Of a stretch of DNA of 64,000 nt, positions 38,001-52,400 are shown in pieces. The stretch lies in the NCBI RefSeq assembly GCF_009914755.1, contig NC_060933.1. One strand, written 5' to 3'. Position 1 is the first letter of the stretch; each line of letters begins with the position of its first letter. The translations under genes were made by a program, and so were the position numbers. Under the pieces are notes generated by a model. The model made no database searches. It was given only the letters and a program-made list of their open reading frames with translations, and had not been told where the DNA came from. This stretch comes from the human T2T-CHM13v2.0 reference genome, Homo sapiens.

Positions 38001-41000
38001 TCAGAAACTTCCTTGTGATGTGTGTACTCAAGTAACAGAGTTGAACCTTCCTTTTGACAGAGCAGTTTTGAAGCACTCTTTTTGTAGAATCTGCAAGTGG
38101 ATAGTTTGATACCTTTGAGGATTTCGTTGGACACGGGATATCTTCATATAAAATCTAGACAGAAGCATTCTCAGAAACTTCTTTGTGCTGTATGTCCTCA
38201 ATTAACAGAGTTGAACCTTTGTGTGGATACAGCATTTTGGAAATATTTCTTTAGTAGAATCTGCAAGTTGATATTTAGATAGCTAGGAAGATTTCCTTGG
38301 AAACGGGAATATCTTCATATAAAATCTAGATGGAAGCATTCTCAGAAAGTGCTTTGTGATGTTTGCATTCATGTCACAGAGTTGAATATTCCCTTTTATA
38401 GAGCAGGTTTGAAACACTCTTTCTGCACTACCTGGAAGTGGACATTTGGAGCGCTTTGAGGCCTATGTTGAAAAAGGAAATATCTTCCCATAAAAACTAG
38501 ACAGAAGCATTCTCAGAAACTTGTTTGTGATGTGTGTATTCAACTAACAGAGATGAACATTTGTTTTTACAGAGCAGTTTTGAAACACTCTTTTTGTGGA
38601 ATCTGAAAGTGGATATTTGGATAGCTTTGAGGATTTCGTTGGAAACGGGATTACATATAAAATCTAGAGAGAAGCATTCTCAGGAACTTCTTTGTGATGT
38701 TTGCATTCAAGTCACAGAACTGAACTTTCCCTTTCATAGAGCAGGTTTGAAACACTCTTTCTGTAGTATCTGCAAGCGGAAGTTTCAAGCGCTTTCAGGC
38801 CTGTGGTGAAAAAGGAAATATCTTCAAATAAAAACTAGACAGAAGCATTCTCAGAAACTTATTTGCGATGTGTGTTCTCAACTAACAGAGTTGAACCTTT
38901 GTTTTGATACAGCATTTTGGAAACACTCTTGTTGTAGGATCTGCAGGTTGATATTTGGATAGCTTTGAACGTTTCGTTGGAAACGGGAATATCCCCATAT
39001 AAAATCAAGACAGAAGCATTCTCAGAAACTTCTCTGTGATGTTTGCATTCAACTCATAGAGTTGAACAATTCCTTTCATAGAGCATGTTTGAAACACTCT
39101 GTGCACTACCTGGAAGTGGACATTTGGAGCGCTTTGAGGCCTATGTTGAAAAAGGAAATATCTTCCCATAAAAACTAGACAGAAACATTCTCAGAAACTT
39201 GTTTGTGATGTGTGTATTCAACTAACAGAGATGAACCTTTCTTTTTACAGAGCAGTTTTGAAACACTCTTTTTGTGGAATCTGAAAGTGGATATTTGGAT
39301 AGCTTTGAGGATTTCGTTGGAAACGGGATTACTTATAAAATCTAGGGAGAAGCATTCTCAGGAACTTCTTTGTGATGTTTGCATTCAAGTCACAGAACTG
39401 AACATTCCCTTTCATAGAGCAGGTTTGAAACACTCTTTCTGTAGTATCTACAAGCGGACGTTTCAAGCGCTTTCAGGCCTGTGGTGAAAAAGGAAATATC
39501 TTCAAATAAAAAGTAGACAGAAGCATTCTCAGAAACTTATTTGCGATGTGTGTTCTCAACTAACAGAGTTGAACCTTTGTTTTGATACAGCATTTTGGAA
39601 ACACTCTTTTTGTAGGATCTGCAGGTGGATATTTGGATAGCTTTGAAGGTTTCGTTGGAAACGGGAATATCCTCATATAATATCAAGACAGAAGCATTCT
39701 CAGAAAGTTCTCTGTGATGTTTGCATTCAACTCATAGAGTTGAACACTTCCCTTCATACAGCAGGTTTGAAACACTCTTTTTGTAATATTTGGAAGTGGA
39801 CATTTGCAGCGCTTTGAGGCCTATGTTGAAAAAGGAAATATCTTCTCCTAAAAACCAGACAGAAGCATTCTCCGAAACTTCCTTGTGATGTGTGTACTCA
39901 AGTAACAGAGTTGAACCTTCCTTTTGACAGAGCAGTTTTGAAGCACTCTTTTTGTAGAATCTGCAAGTGGATATTTTGATACCTTTGAGGATTTCGTTGG
40001 ACACGGGATATCTTCATATAAAATCTAGACAGAAGCATTCTCAGAAACTTCTTTGTGCTGTATGTCCTCAATTAACAGAGTTGAACCTTTGTGTGGATAC
40101 AGCATTTTGGAAACATTCCTTTAGTAGAATCTGCAAGTTGATATTTAGATAGCTAGGAAGATTTCCTTGGAAACGGGAATATCTTCATATAAAATCTAGA
40201 TGGAAGCATTCTCAGAAAGTGCTTTGTGATGTTTGCATTCAAGTCACAGAGTTGAATATTCCCTTTTATAGAGCAGGTTTGAAACACTCTTTCTGCACTA
40301 CCTGGAAGTGGACATTTGGAGCGCTTTGAGGCCTATGTTGAAAAAGGAAATATCTTCTCCTAAAAACCAGACAGAAGCATTCTCAGAAACTTCCTTGTGA
40401 TGTGTGTACTCAAGTAACAGAGTTGAACCTTACTTTTGACAGAGCCGTTTTGAAACAGTCTTTTGTAGAATCTGGAAGTAGATATTTGGATAGCTTTGAG
40501 GATTTCTTTGGAAACGGGATATCTTCATATAAAATCTAGACAGAAGCATTCTCAGAAACTTCTTTGTGCTGTATGTCCTCAATTAACAGAGTTGAACCTT
40601 TGTGCGGATACAGCACTTTGGAAACACTCCTTTAGTAGAATCTGCAAGTTGATATTTAGATAGCTAGGAAGATTTCCTTGGAAACGGGAATATCTTCACA
40701 TAAAATCTAGACGGAAGCATTCTCAGAAACTTCTCTGTGATGCTTGCATTCAACTCATAGAGTTGAACACTTCCTTTCATAGAGCTGGTTTGAAATACTC
40801 TTTTTGTAATATTTGGAACTGGACATTGGCAGCGCTTTGAAGCCTAAGTTGAAAAAGGAAATATCTTCTCCTAAAAACCAGACAGAAGCATTCTCAGAAA
40901 CTTCCTTGTGATGTGTGTACTCAAGTAACAGAGTTGAACCTTACTTTTGACAGAGCCGTTTTGAAACAGTCTTTTTGTAGAATCTGGAAGTAGATATTTG

Positions 41001-44000
41001 GATACCTTTGAGGATTTCTTTGGAAACGGGATATCTTCATATAAAATCTAGACAGAAGCATTCTCAGAAACTTCTTTGTGCTGTATGTCCTCAATTAACA
41101 GAGTTGAACCTTTGTGTGGATACAGCATTTTGGAAACACTCCTTTAGTAGAATCTGCAAGTTGATATTTAGATAGCTAGGAAGATTTCCTTGGAAACGGG
41201 AATATCTTCATATAAAATCCAGACGGAAGGATTCTCAGAAACTGCTTTGTGATGTCTTGATTCAAGTCACAGAGTAGAATGTTCCCTTTTATAGAGCAGG
41301 TTTGAAACACTCTGTGCACTACCTGGAAGTGGACATTTGGAGCGCTTTGAGGCCTATGTTGAAAAAGGAAATATCTTCCCATAGAAACTAGACAGAAGCA
41401 TTCTCAGAAACTTGTTTGTGATGTGTGTATTCAACTAACAGAGATGAACCTTTCTTTTTACAGAGCAGTTTTGAAACACTCTTTTTGTGGAATCTGAAAG
41501 TGGATATTTGGATAGCTTTGAGGATTTCGTTGGAAACGGGATTACATATAAAATCTAGGGAGAAGCATTCTCAGGAACTACTTTGTGATGTTTGCATTCA
41601 AGTCACAGAACTGAACATTCCCTTTCATAGAGCAGGTTTGAAACCCTCGTTCTGTGGTATCTGCAAGCGGACGTTTCAAGCGCTTTCAGGCCTGTGGTGA
41701 AAAAGGAAATATCTTCAAATAAAAACTAGACAGAAGCATTCTCAGAAACATATTTGCGATGTATGATCTCAACTAACAGAGTTGAACCTTTGTTTGGGTA
41801 CAACATTTTGGAAACACTCTTTTTGTAGAATCTGCAAGTGGATATTTGGATAGCTTTGAAGGTTTCGTTGGAAACGGGAATATCTTCATATGAAATCAAG
41901 ACAGAAGCATTCTCAGAAACTTCTCTGTGATGTTTGCATCAGCTCATAGAGTTGAACCCTTCCCTTCATACAGCAGGTTTGAAACACTCTTTTTGTAATA
42001 TTTGGAAGTGGACATTTGCAGCGCTTTGAGGCCTATGTTGAAAAAGGAAATATCTTCTCCTAAAAACCAGACAGAAGCATTCTCAGAAACTTCCTTGTGA
42101 TGTGTGTACTCAAGTAACAGAGTTGAACCTTCCTTTTGACAGAGCAGTTTTGAAGCACTCTTTTTGTAGAATCTGCAAGTGGATAGTTTGATACCTTTGA
42201 GGATTTCGTTGGACACGGGATATCTTCATATAAAATCTAGACAGAAGCATTCTCAGAAACTTCTTTGTGCTGTATGTCCTCAATTAACAGAGTTGAACCT
42301 TTGTGTGGATACAGCATTTTGGAAATATTTCTTTAGTAGAATCTGCAAGTTGATATTTAGATAGCTAGGAAGATTTCCTTGGAAACGGGAATATCTTCAT
42401 ATAAAATCTAGACAGAAGCATTCTCAGAAAGTGCTTTGTGATGTTTGCATTCATGTCACAGAGTTGAATATTCCCTTTTATAGAGCAGGTTTGAAACACT
42501 CTTTCTGCACTACCTGGAAGTGGACATTTGGAGCGCTTTGAGGCCTATGTTGAAAAAGGAAATATCTTCCCATAAAAACTAGACAGAAGCATTCTCAGAA
42601 ACTTGTTTGTGATGTGTGTATTCAACTAACAGAGATGAACATTTGTTTTTACAGAGCAGTTTTGAAACACTCTTTTTGTGGAATCTGAAAGTGGATATTT
42701 GGATAGCTTTGAGGATTTCGTTGGAAACGGGATTACATATAAAATCTAGAGAGAAGCATTCTCAGGAACTTCTTTGTGATGTTTGCATTCAAGTCACAGA
42801 ACTGAACTTTCCCTTTCATAGAGCAGGTTTGAAACACTCTTTCTGTAGTATCTGCAAGCGGAAGTTTCAAGCGCTTTCAGGCCTGTGGTGAAAAAGGAAA
42901 TATCTTCAAATAAAAACTAGACAGAAGCATTCTCAGAAACTTATTTGCGATGTGTGTTCTCAACTAACAGAGTTGAACCTTTGTTTTGATACAGCATTTT
43001 GGAAACACTCTTGTTGTAGGATCTGCAGGTTGATATTTGGATAGCTTTGAACGTTTCGTTGGAAACGGGAATATCCCCATATAAAATCAAGACAGAAGCA
43101 TTCTCAGAAACTTCTCTGTGATGTTTGCATTCAACTCATAGAGTTGAACACTTCCTTTCATAGAGCATGTTTGAAACACTCTGTGCACTACCTGGAAGTG
43201 GACATTTGGAGCGCTTTGAGGCCTATGTTGAAAAAGGAAATATCTTCCCATAAAAACTAGACAGAAACATTCTCAGAAACTTGTTTGTGATGTGTGTATT
43301 CAACTAACAGAGATGAACCTTTCTTTTTACAGAGCAGTTTTGAAACACTCTTTTTGTGGAATCTGAAAGTGGATATTTGGATAGCTTTGAGGATTTCGTT
43401 GGAAACGGGATTACTTATAAAATCTAGGGAGAAGCATTCTCAGGAAATTCTTTGTGATGTTTGCATTCAAGTCACAGAACTGAACATTCCCTTTCATAGA
43501 GCAGGTTTGAAACACTCTTTCTGTAGTATCTACAAGCGGACGTTTCAAGCGCTTTCAGGCCTGTGGTGAAAAAGGAAATATCTTCAAATAAAAAGTAGAC
43601 AGAAGCATTCTCAGAAACTTATTTGCGATGTGTGTTCTCAACTAACAGAGTTGAACCTTTGTTTTGATACAGCATTTTGGAAACACTCTTTTTGTAGGAT
43701 CTGCAGGTGGATATTTGGATAGCTTTGAAGGTTTCGTTGGAAACGGGAATATCCTCATATAAAATCAAGACAGAAGCATTCTCAGAAAGTTCTCTGTGAT
43801 GTTTGCATTCAACTCATAGAGTTGAACACTTCCCTTCATACAGCAGGTTTGAAACACTCTTTTTGTAATATTTGGAAGTGGACATTTGCAGCGCTTTGAG
43901 GCCTATGTTGAAAAAGGAAATATCTTCTCCTGAAAACCAGACAGAAGCATTCTCAGAAACTTCCTTGTGATGTGTTTACTCAAGTAACAGAGTTGAACCT

Positions 44001-46433
44001 TCCTTTTGACAGAGCAGTTTTGAAGCACTCTTTTTGTAGAATCTGCAAGTGGATATTTTGATACCTTTGAGGATTTCGTTGGACACGGGATATCTTCATA
44101 TAAAATCTAGACAGAAGCATTCTCAGAAACTTCTTTGTGCTGTATGTCCTCAATTAACAGAGTTGAACCTTTGTGTGGATACAGCATTTTGGAAACATTC
44201 CTTTAGTAGAATCTGCAAGTTGATATTTAGATAGCTAGGAAGATTTCCTTGGAAACGGGAATATCTTCATATAAAATCTAGATGGAAGCATTCTCAGAAA
44301 GTGCTTTGTGATGTTTGCATTCAAGTCACAGAGTTGAATATTCCCTTTTATAGAGCAGGTTTGAAACACTCTTTCTGCACTACCTGGAAGTGGACATTTG
44401 GAGCGCTTTGAGGCCTATGTTGAAAAAGGAAATATCTTCTCCTAAAAACCAGACAGAAGCATTCTCAGAAACTTCCTTGTGATGTGTGTACTCAAGTAAC
44501 AGAGTTGAACCTTACTTTTGACAGAGCCGTTTTGAAACAGTCTTTTTGTAGAATCTGGAAGTAGATATTTGGATAGCTTTGAGGATTTCTTTGGAAACGG
44601 GATATCTTCATATAAAATCTAGACAGAAGCATTCTCAGAAACTTCTTTGTGCTGTATGTCCTCAATTAACAGAGTTGAACCTTTGTGTGGATACAGCATT
44701 TTGGAAACACTCCTTTAGTAGAATCTGCAAGTTGATATTTAGATAGCTAGGAAGATTTCCTTGGAAACGGGAATATCTTCATATAAAATCCAGACGGAAG
44801 GATTCTCAGAAACTGCTTTGTGATGTCTTGATTCAAGTCACAGAGTAGAATGTTCCCTTTTATAGAGCAGGTTTGAAACACTCTGTGCACTACCTGGAAG
44901 TGGACATTTGGAGCGCTTTGAGGCCTATGTTGAAAAAGGAAATATCTTCCCATAGAAACTAGACAGAAGCATTCTCAGAAACTTGTTTGTGATGTGTGTA
45001 TTCAACTAACAGAGATGAACCTTTCTTTTTACAGAGCAGTTTTGAAACACTCTTTTTGTGGAATCTGAAAGTGGATATTTGGATAGCTTTGAGGATTTCG
45101 TTGGAAACGGGATTACATATAAAATCTAGGGAGAAGCATTCTCAGGAACTACTTTGTGATGTTTGCATTCAAGTCACAGAACTGAACATTCCCTTTCATA
45201 GAGCAGGTTTGAAACCCTCGTTCTGTGGTATCTGCAAGCGGACGTTTCAAGCGCTTTCAGGCCTGTGGTGAAAAAGGAAATATCTTCAAATAAAAACTAG
45301 ACAGAAGCATTCTCAGAAACATATTTGCGATGTATGATCTCAACTAACAGAGTTGAACCTTTGTTTGGGTACAACATTTTGGAAACACTCTTTTTGTAGA
45401 ATCTGCAAGTGGATATTTGGATAGCTTTGAAGGTTTCGTTGGAAACGGGAATATCTTCATATGAAATCAAGACAGAAGCATTCTCAGAAACTTCTCTGTG
45501 ATGTTTGCATCAGCTCATAGAGTTGAACCCTTCCCTTCATACAGCAGGTTTGAAACACTCTTTTTGTAATATTTGGAAGTGGACATTTGCAGCGCTTTGA
45601 GGCCTATGTTGAAAAAGCAAATATCTTCTCCTAAAAACCAGACAGAAGCATTCTCAGAAACTTCCTTGTGATGTGTGTACTCAAGTAACAGAGTTGAACC
45701 TTCCTTTTGACAGAGCAGTTTTGAAGCACTCTTTTTGTAGAATCTGCAAGTGGATAGTTTGATACCTTTGAGGATTTCGTTGGACACGGGATATCTTCAT
45801 ATAAAATCTAGACAGAAGCATTCTCAGAAACTTCTTTGTGCTGTATGTCCTCAATTAACAGAGTTGAACCTTTGTGTGGATACAGCATTTTGGAAATATT
45901 TCTTTAGTAGAATCTGCAAGTTGATATTTAGATAGCTAGGAAGATTTCCTTGGAAACGGGAATATCTTCATATAAAATCTAGACAGAAGCATTCTCAGAA
46001 AGTGCTTTGTGATGTTTGCATTCATGTCACAGAGTTGAATATTCCCTTTTATAGAGCAGGTTTGAAACACTCTTTCTGCACTACCTGGAAGTGGACATTT
46101 GGAGCGCTTTGAGGCCTATGTTGAAAAAGGAAATATCTTCCCATAAAAACTAGACAGAAGCATTCTCAGAAACTTGTTTGTGATGTGTGTATTCAACTAA
46201 CAGAGATGAACATTTGTTTTTACAGAGCAGTTTTGAAACACTCTTTTTGTGGAATCTGAAAGTGGATATTTGGATAGCTTTGAGGATTTCGTTGGAAACG
46301 GGATTACATATAAAATCTAGAGAGAAGCATTCTCAGGAACTTCTTTGTGATGTTTGCATTCAAGTCACAGAACTGAACTTTCCCTTTCATAGAGCAGGTT
46401 TGAAACACTCTTTCTGTAGTATCTGCAAGCGGA
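35004..46433 (+). repeat. Triplicated 24-monomer super-repeat (period 4082-4083 bp); third copy lacks 3 monomers (511 bp) and is truncated
   Basis: ORF starts 35129/39212/43294, 37343/41425/44996 and 38534/42616/46187. Shared variants: 'ggattactta', 'accctcgttctgtgg', 'gtatgatctc', 'gcatcagctc', 'gaacatttg'. Confidence 0.94.
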
Positions 46434-49400
46434 CGTTTCAAGCGCTTTCAGGCCTATGGTGAGAAAGGAAATATCTTCAAGTAAAAACTAGACAGAAGCA
46501 TTCTCAGAAACTTATTTGCCATGTGTGTTCTCAACTAACAGAGTTGAACCTTTGTTTTGATACGGTATTTTGGAAACACTCTTTTTGTAGAATCTGCAGG
46601 TGGATATTCGGATAGCTTTGAAGATTTCGTTGGAAACGGGAATATCTTCATATAAAACCTAGACGGAAGCATTCTCAGAAACTGCTTTGTGATGTTTTCA
46701 TTCAAGTCACAGAGTACAATGTTCCCTTTTATAGAGCAGGTTTGAGACACTCTTTCTGCACTACCTGGAAGTGGACATTTGGAGCGCTTTGAGGCCTATG
46801 ATGAAAAAGGAAATATCTTCCCATAAAAACTAGACAGATGCATTCTCAGAAACTTGTTTGTGATGTGTGTATTCAACTAACAGAGATGAACCTTTCTTTT
46901 TACAGAGCAGTTTTGAAACACTCTTTTTGTGGAATCTGAAAGTGGATATTTGGATAGCTTTGAGGATTTCGTTGGAAACGGGATTACATATAAAATCTAG
47001 AGAGAAGCATTCTCAGGAACTTCTTTGTGATGTTTGCATTCACGTCACAGAACTGAACATTCCCTTTCATAGAGCATGTTTGAAACACTCTTTCTGTAGT
47101 ATCTGCAAACGGACATTTCAAGCGCTTTCAGGCCTATGGTGAGAAAGGAAATATCTTCAAATAAAAACTAGACAGAAGCATTCTCAGAAACTTATTTGCG
47201 ATGTGTGTCCTCAACTAACAGAGTTGAACCTTTGTTTTGATACAACATTTTGGAAACACTCTTTTTGTAGAATCTGCAAGTGGATATTTGGATAGCTTTG
47301 AAGGTTTCGTTGGAAACGGGAATATCTTCATATAAAATCAAGACAGAAGCATTCTCAGAAACTTCTCTGTGATGTTTGCATTCAACTCATAGAGTTGAAC
47401 ACTTCCCTTCATACAGCAGGTTTGAAACACTCTTTTTGTAATATTTGGAAGTGGACATTTGCAGCGCTTTGAGGCCTATGTTGAAAAAGGAAATATCTTC
47501 TCCTAAAAACCAGACAGAAGCATTCTCAGAAGCTTCCGTGTGATGTGTGTACTCAAGTAACAGAGTTGAACCTTACTTTTGACAGAGCCGTTTTGAAACA
47601 GTGTTTTTGTAGAATCTGGAAGTAGATATTTGGATACATTTGAGAATTTCTTTGGAAACGGGATATCTTCATATAAAACCTAGACAGAAGCATTCTCAGA
47701 AACTTCTTTGTGCTGTATGTCCTCAATTAACAGAGTTGAACCTTTGTGTGGATACAGCATTTTGGAAACATTCCTTTAGTAGAATCTGCAAGTTGATATT
47801 TAGATAGCTAGGAAGATTTCCTTGGAAACGGGAATATCTTCATATAAAATCTAGACGGAAGCATTCTCAGAAACTTCTCTGTGATGCTTGCATTCAACCC
47901 ATACAGTTGAACACTTCCTTTCATAGAGCAGGTTTGAAACACTCTGTGCACTACCTGGAAGTGGACATTTGGAGCGCTTTGAGGCCTATGTTGAAAAAGG
48001 AAATATCTTCCCATAAAAACTAGACAGAAGCATTCTCAGAAACTTGTTTGTGATGTGTGTATTCAACTAACAGAGATGAACCTTTCTTTTTACAGAGCAG
48101 TTTTGAAACACTCTTTTTGTGGAATCTGAAAGTGGATATTTGGATAGCTTTGAGGATTTCGTTGGAAACGGGATTACATATAAAATCTAGGGAGAAGCAT
48201 TCTCAGGAACTTCTTCGTGATGTTTGCATTCAAGTCACAGAACTGAACATTCCCTTTCATAGAGCAGGTTTGAAACACTCTTTCTGTAGTATCTGCAAGC
48301 GGAAATTCCAAGCGCTTTCAGGCCTGTGGTGAAAAAGGAAATATCTTCAAATAAAAACTAGACAGAAGCATTCTCAGAAACTTATTTGCGATGTGTGTTC
48401 TCAACTAACAGAGTTGAACCTTTGTTTTGATACAGCATTTTGGAAACACTCTTGTTGTAGGATCTGCAGGTTGATATTTGGATAGCTTTGAACGTTTCGT
48501 TGGAAACGGGAATATCCCCATATAAAATCAAGACAGAAGCATTCTCAGAAACTTCTCTGTGATGTTTGCATTCAACTCAGAGAGTTGAACACTTCCTTTC
48601 ATAGAGCATGTTTGAAACACTCTGTGCACTACCTGGAAGTGGACATTTGGAGCGCTTTGAGGCCTATGTTGAAAAAGGAAATATCTTCCCATAAAAACTA
48701 GACAGAAGCATTCTCAGAAACTTATTTGCGATGTGTGTTCTCAGCTAACAGAGTTGAACCTTTGTTTTGATACAGCATTTTGGAAACACTCTTTTTGTAG
48801 GATCTGCAGGTGGATATTTGGATAGCTTTGAAGGTTTCGTTGGAAACGGGAATATCTTCATATAAAATCAACACAGAAGCATTCTCAGAAAGTTCTCTGT
48901 GATGTTTGCATTCAACTCATAGAGTTGAACACTTCCTTTCATAGAGCTGGTTTGAAATACTCTTTTTGTAATATTTGGAAGTGGACATTGGCAGCGCTTT
49001 GAAGCCCATGGTGAAAAAGGAGATATCTTCTCCTAAAAACCAGACAGAAGCATTCTCAGAATCTTTCTTGTGATGTGTGTACTCAAGTAACAGAGTTGAA
49101 CCTTCATTTTGACAGAGCAGTTTTGAAGCACTCTTTTTGTAGAATCTGCAAGTGGATATTTTGATACCTTTGAGGATTTCGTTGGACACGGGATATCTTC
49201 ATATAAAATCTAGACAGAAGCATTCTCAGAAACTTCTTTGTGCTGTATGTCCTCAATTAACAGAGTTGAACCTTTGTGTGGATACAGCATTTTGGAAACA
49301 TTCCTTTAGTAGAATCTGCAAGTTGATATTTAGATAGCTAGGAAGATTTCCTTGGAAACGGGAATATCTTCATATAAAATCTAGACGGAAGCATTCTCAG

Positions 49401-52400
49401 AAAGTGCTTTGTGATGTTTGCATTCAAGTCACAGAGTTGAATATTCCCTTTTATAGAGCAGGTTTGAAACACTCTTTGTGCACTACCTGGAAGTGGACAT
49501 TTGGAGCGCTTTGAGGCCTATGTTGAAAAAGGAAATATCTTCCCATAAAAACTAGACAGAAGCATTCTCAGAAACTTGTTTGTGATGTGTGTATTCAACT
49601 AACAGAGATGAACCTTTCTTTTTACAGAGCAGTTTTGAAACACTCTTTTTGTGGAATCTGAAAGTGGATATTTGGATAGCTTTGAGGATTTCGTTGGAAA
49701 CGGGATTACATATAAAACCTAGAGAGAAGCATTCTCAGGAACTTCTTTGTGATGTTTGCATTCAAGTCACAGAACTGAACATTCCCTTTCATAGAGCAGG
49801 TTTGAAACACTCTTTCTGTAGTATCTGCAAGCTGACGTTTCAAGCGCTTTCAGGCCTATGGTGAGAAAGGAAATATCTTCAAGTAAAAACTAGACAGAAG
49901 CATTCTCAGAAACTTATTTGCCATGTGTGTTCTCAACTAACAGAGTTGAACCTTTGTTTTGATACGGCATTTTGGAAACACTCTTTTTGTAGAATCTGCA
50001 GGTGGATATTCGGATAGCTTTGAAGGTTTCGTTGGAAACGGGAATATCTTCATATAAAATCTAGACGGAAGCATTCTCAGAAACTGCTTTGTGATGTTTT
50101 CATTCAAGTCACAGAGTGGAATGTTCCCTTTTATATACCAGGTTTGAGACACTCTTTCTGCACTACCTGGAAGTGGACATTTGGAGCGCTTTGAGGCCTA
50201 TGATGAAAAAGGAAATATCTTCCCATAAAAACTAGACAGAAGCATTCTCAGAAACTTGTTTGTGATGTGTGTATTCAACTAACAGAGATGAACCTTTCTT
50301 TTTACAGAGCAGTTCTGAAACACTCTTTTTGTGGAATCTGAAAGTGGATATTTGGATAGCTTTGAGGATTTCGTTGGAAACGGGATTACATATAAAATCT
50401 AGGGAGAAGCATTCTCAGGAACTTCCTTGTGATGTTTGCATTGAAGTCACAGAACTGAACATTCCCTTTCATAGAGCAGGTTTGAAACACTCTTTCTGTA
50501 GTATCTGCAAGTGGACGTTTCAAGCGCTTTCAGGCCTGTGGTGAAAAAGGAAATATCTTCAAATAAAAATTAGAGAGAAGCATTCTCAGAAACTTATTTG
50601 CGATGTGTGTTCTCAACTAACAGAGTTGAACCTTTGTTTTGATACAGCATTTTGGAAACACTCTTTTTGTAGGATCTGCAGGTGGATATTTGGATAGATT
50701 TGAAGGTTTCGTTGGAAACGGGAATATCTTCATATAAAATCAACACAGAAGCATTCTCAGAAACTTCTCTGTGATGTTTGCATTCAACTCATAGAGTTGA
50801 ACACTTCCTTTCATAGAGCTGGTTTGAAATACTCTTTTTGTAATATTTGGAAGTGGACATTGGCAGCGCTTTGAAGCCTATGGTGAAAAAGGAGATATCT
50901 TCTCCTAAAAACCAGACAGACGTATTCTCAGAATCTTTCTTGTGATGTGTGTACTCAAGTAACAGAGTTGAACCTTCATTTTGACAGAGCAGTTTTGAAG
51001 CACTCTTTTTGTAGAATCTGCAAGTGGATATTTTGATACCTTTGGGGATTTCGTTGGACACGGGATATCTTCATATAAAATCTAGACAGAAGCATTCACA
51101 GAAACTTCTTTGTGCTGTATGTCCTCAATTAACAGAGTTGAACCTTTGTGTGGATACAGCATTTTGGAAACATTCCTTTAGTAGAATCTGCAAGTTGATA
51201 TTTAGATAGCTAGGAAGATTTCCTTGGAAACGGGAATATCTTCATAGAAAATCTAGACGGAAGCATTCTCAGAAAGTGCTTTGTGATGTTTGCATTCAAG
51301 TCACAGAACTGAACATTCCCTTTCATAGAGCAGGTTTGAAACACTCTTTCTGTAGTATCTGCAAGCTGACGTTTCAAGCGCTTTCAGGCCTATGGTGAGA
51401 AAGGAAATATCTTCAAGTAAAAACTAGACAGAAGCATTCTCAGAAACTTATTTGCCATGTGTGTTCTCAACTAACAGAGTTGAACCTTTGTTTTGATACG
51501 GCATTTTGGAAACACTCTTTTTGTAGAATCTGCAGGTGGATATTCGGATAGCTTTTAAGGTTTCGTTGGAAACGGGAATATCTTCATATAAAATCTAGAC
51601 GGAAGCATTCTCAGAAACTGCTTTGTGATGTTTTCATTCAAGTCACAGAGTAGAATGTTCCCTGTTATATACCAGGTTTGAGACACTCTTTCTGCACTAC
51701 CTGGAAGTGGACATTTGGAGCGCTTTGAGGCCTATGATGAAAAAGGAAATATCTTCCCATAAAAACTAGACAGAAGCATTCTCAGAAACTTGTTTGTGAT
51801 GTGTGTATTCAACTAACAGAGATGAACCTTTCTTTTTACAGAGCAGTTTTGAAACACTCTTTTTGTGGAATCTGAAAGTGGATATTTGGATAGCTTTGAG
51901 GATTTCGTTGGAAACGGGATTACATATAAAATCTAGAGAGAAGCATTCTCAGGAACTTCTTTGTGATGTTTGCATTCACGTCACAGAACTGAACATTCCC
52001 TTACATAGAGCATGTTTGAAACACTATTCTGTAGTATCTGCAAACGGACATTTCAAACGCTTTCAGGCCTATGGTGAGAAAGGAAATATCTTCAAGTAAA
52101 AACTAGACAGAAGCATTCTCAGAAACTTATTTGCGATGTGTGTTCTCAACTAACAGAGTTGAACCTTTGTTTTGATACGGCATTTTGGAAACACTCTTTT
52201 TGTAGAATCTGCAGGTGGATATTCGGATAGCTTTGAAGGTTTCGTTGGAAACGGGAATATCTTCATATAAAATCTAGACGGAAGCATTCTCAGAAACTGC
52301 TTTGTGATGTTTTCATTCAAGTCACAGAGTAGAATGTTCCCTGTTATATACCAGGTTTGAGACACACTTTCTGCACTACCTGGAAGTGCACATTTGGAGC

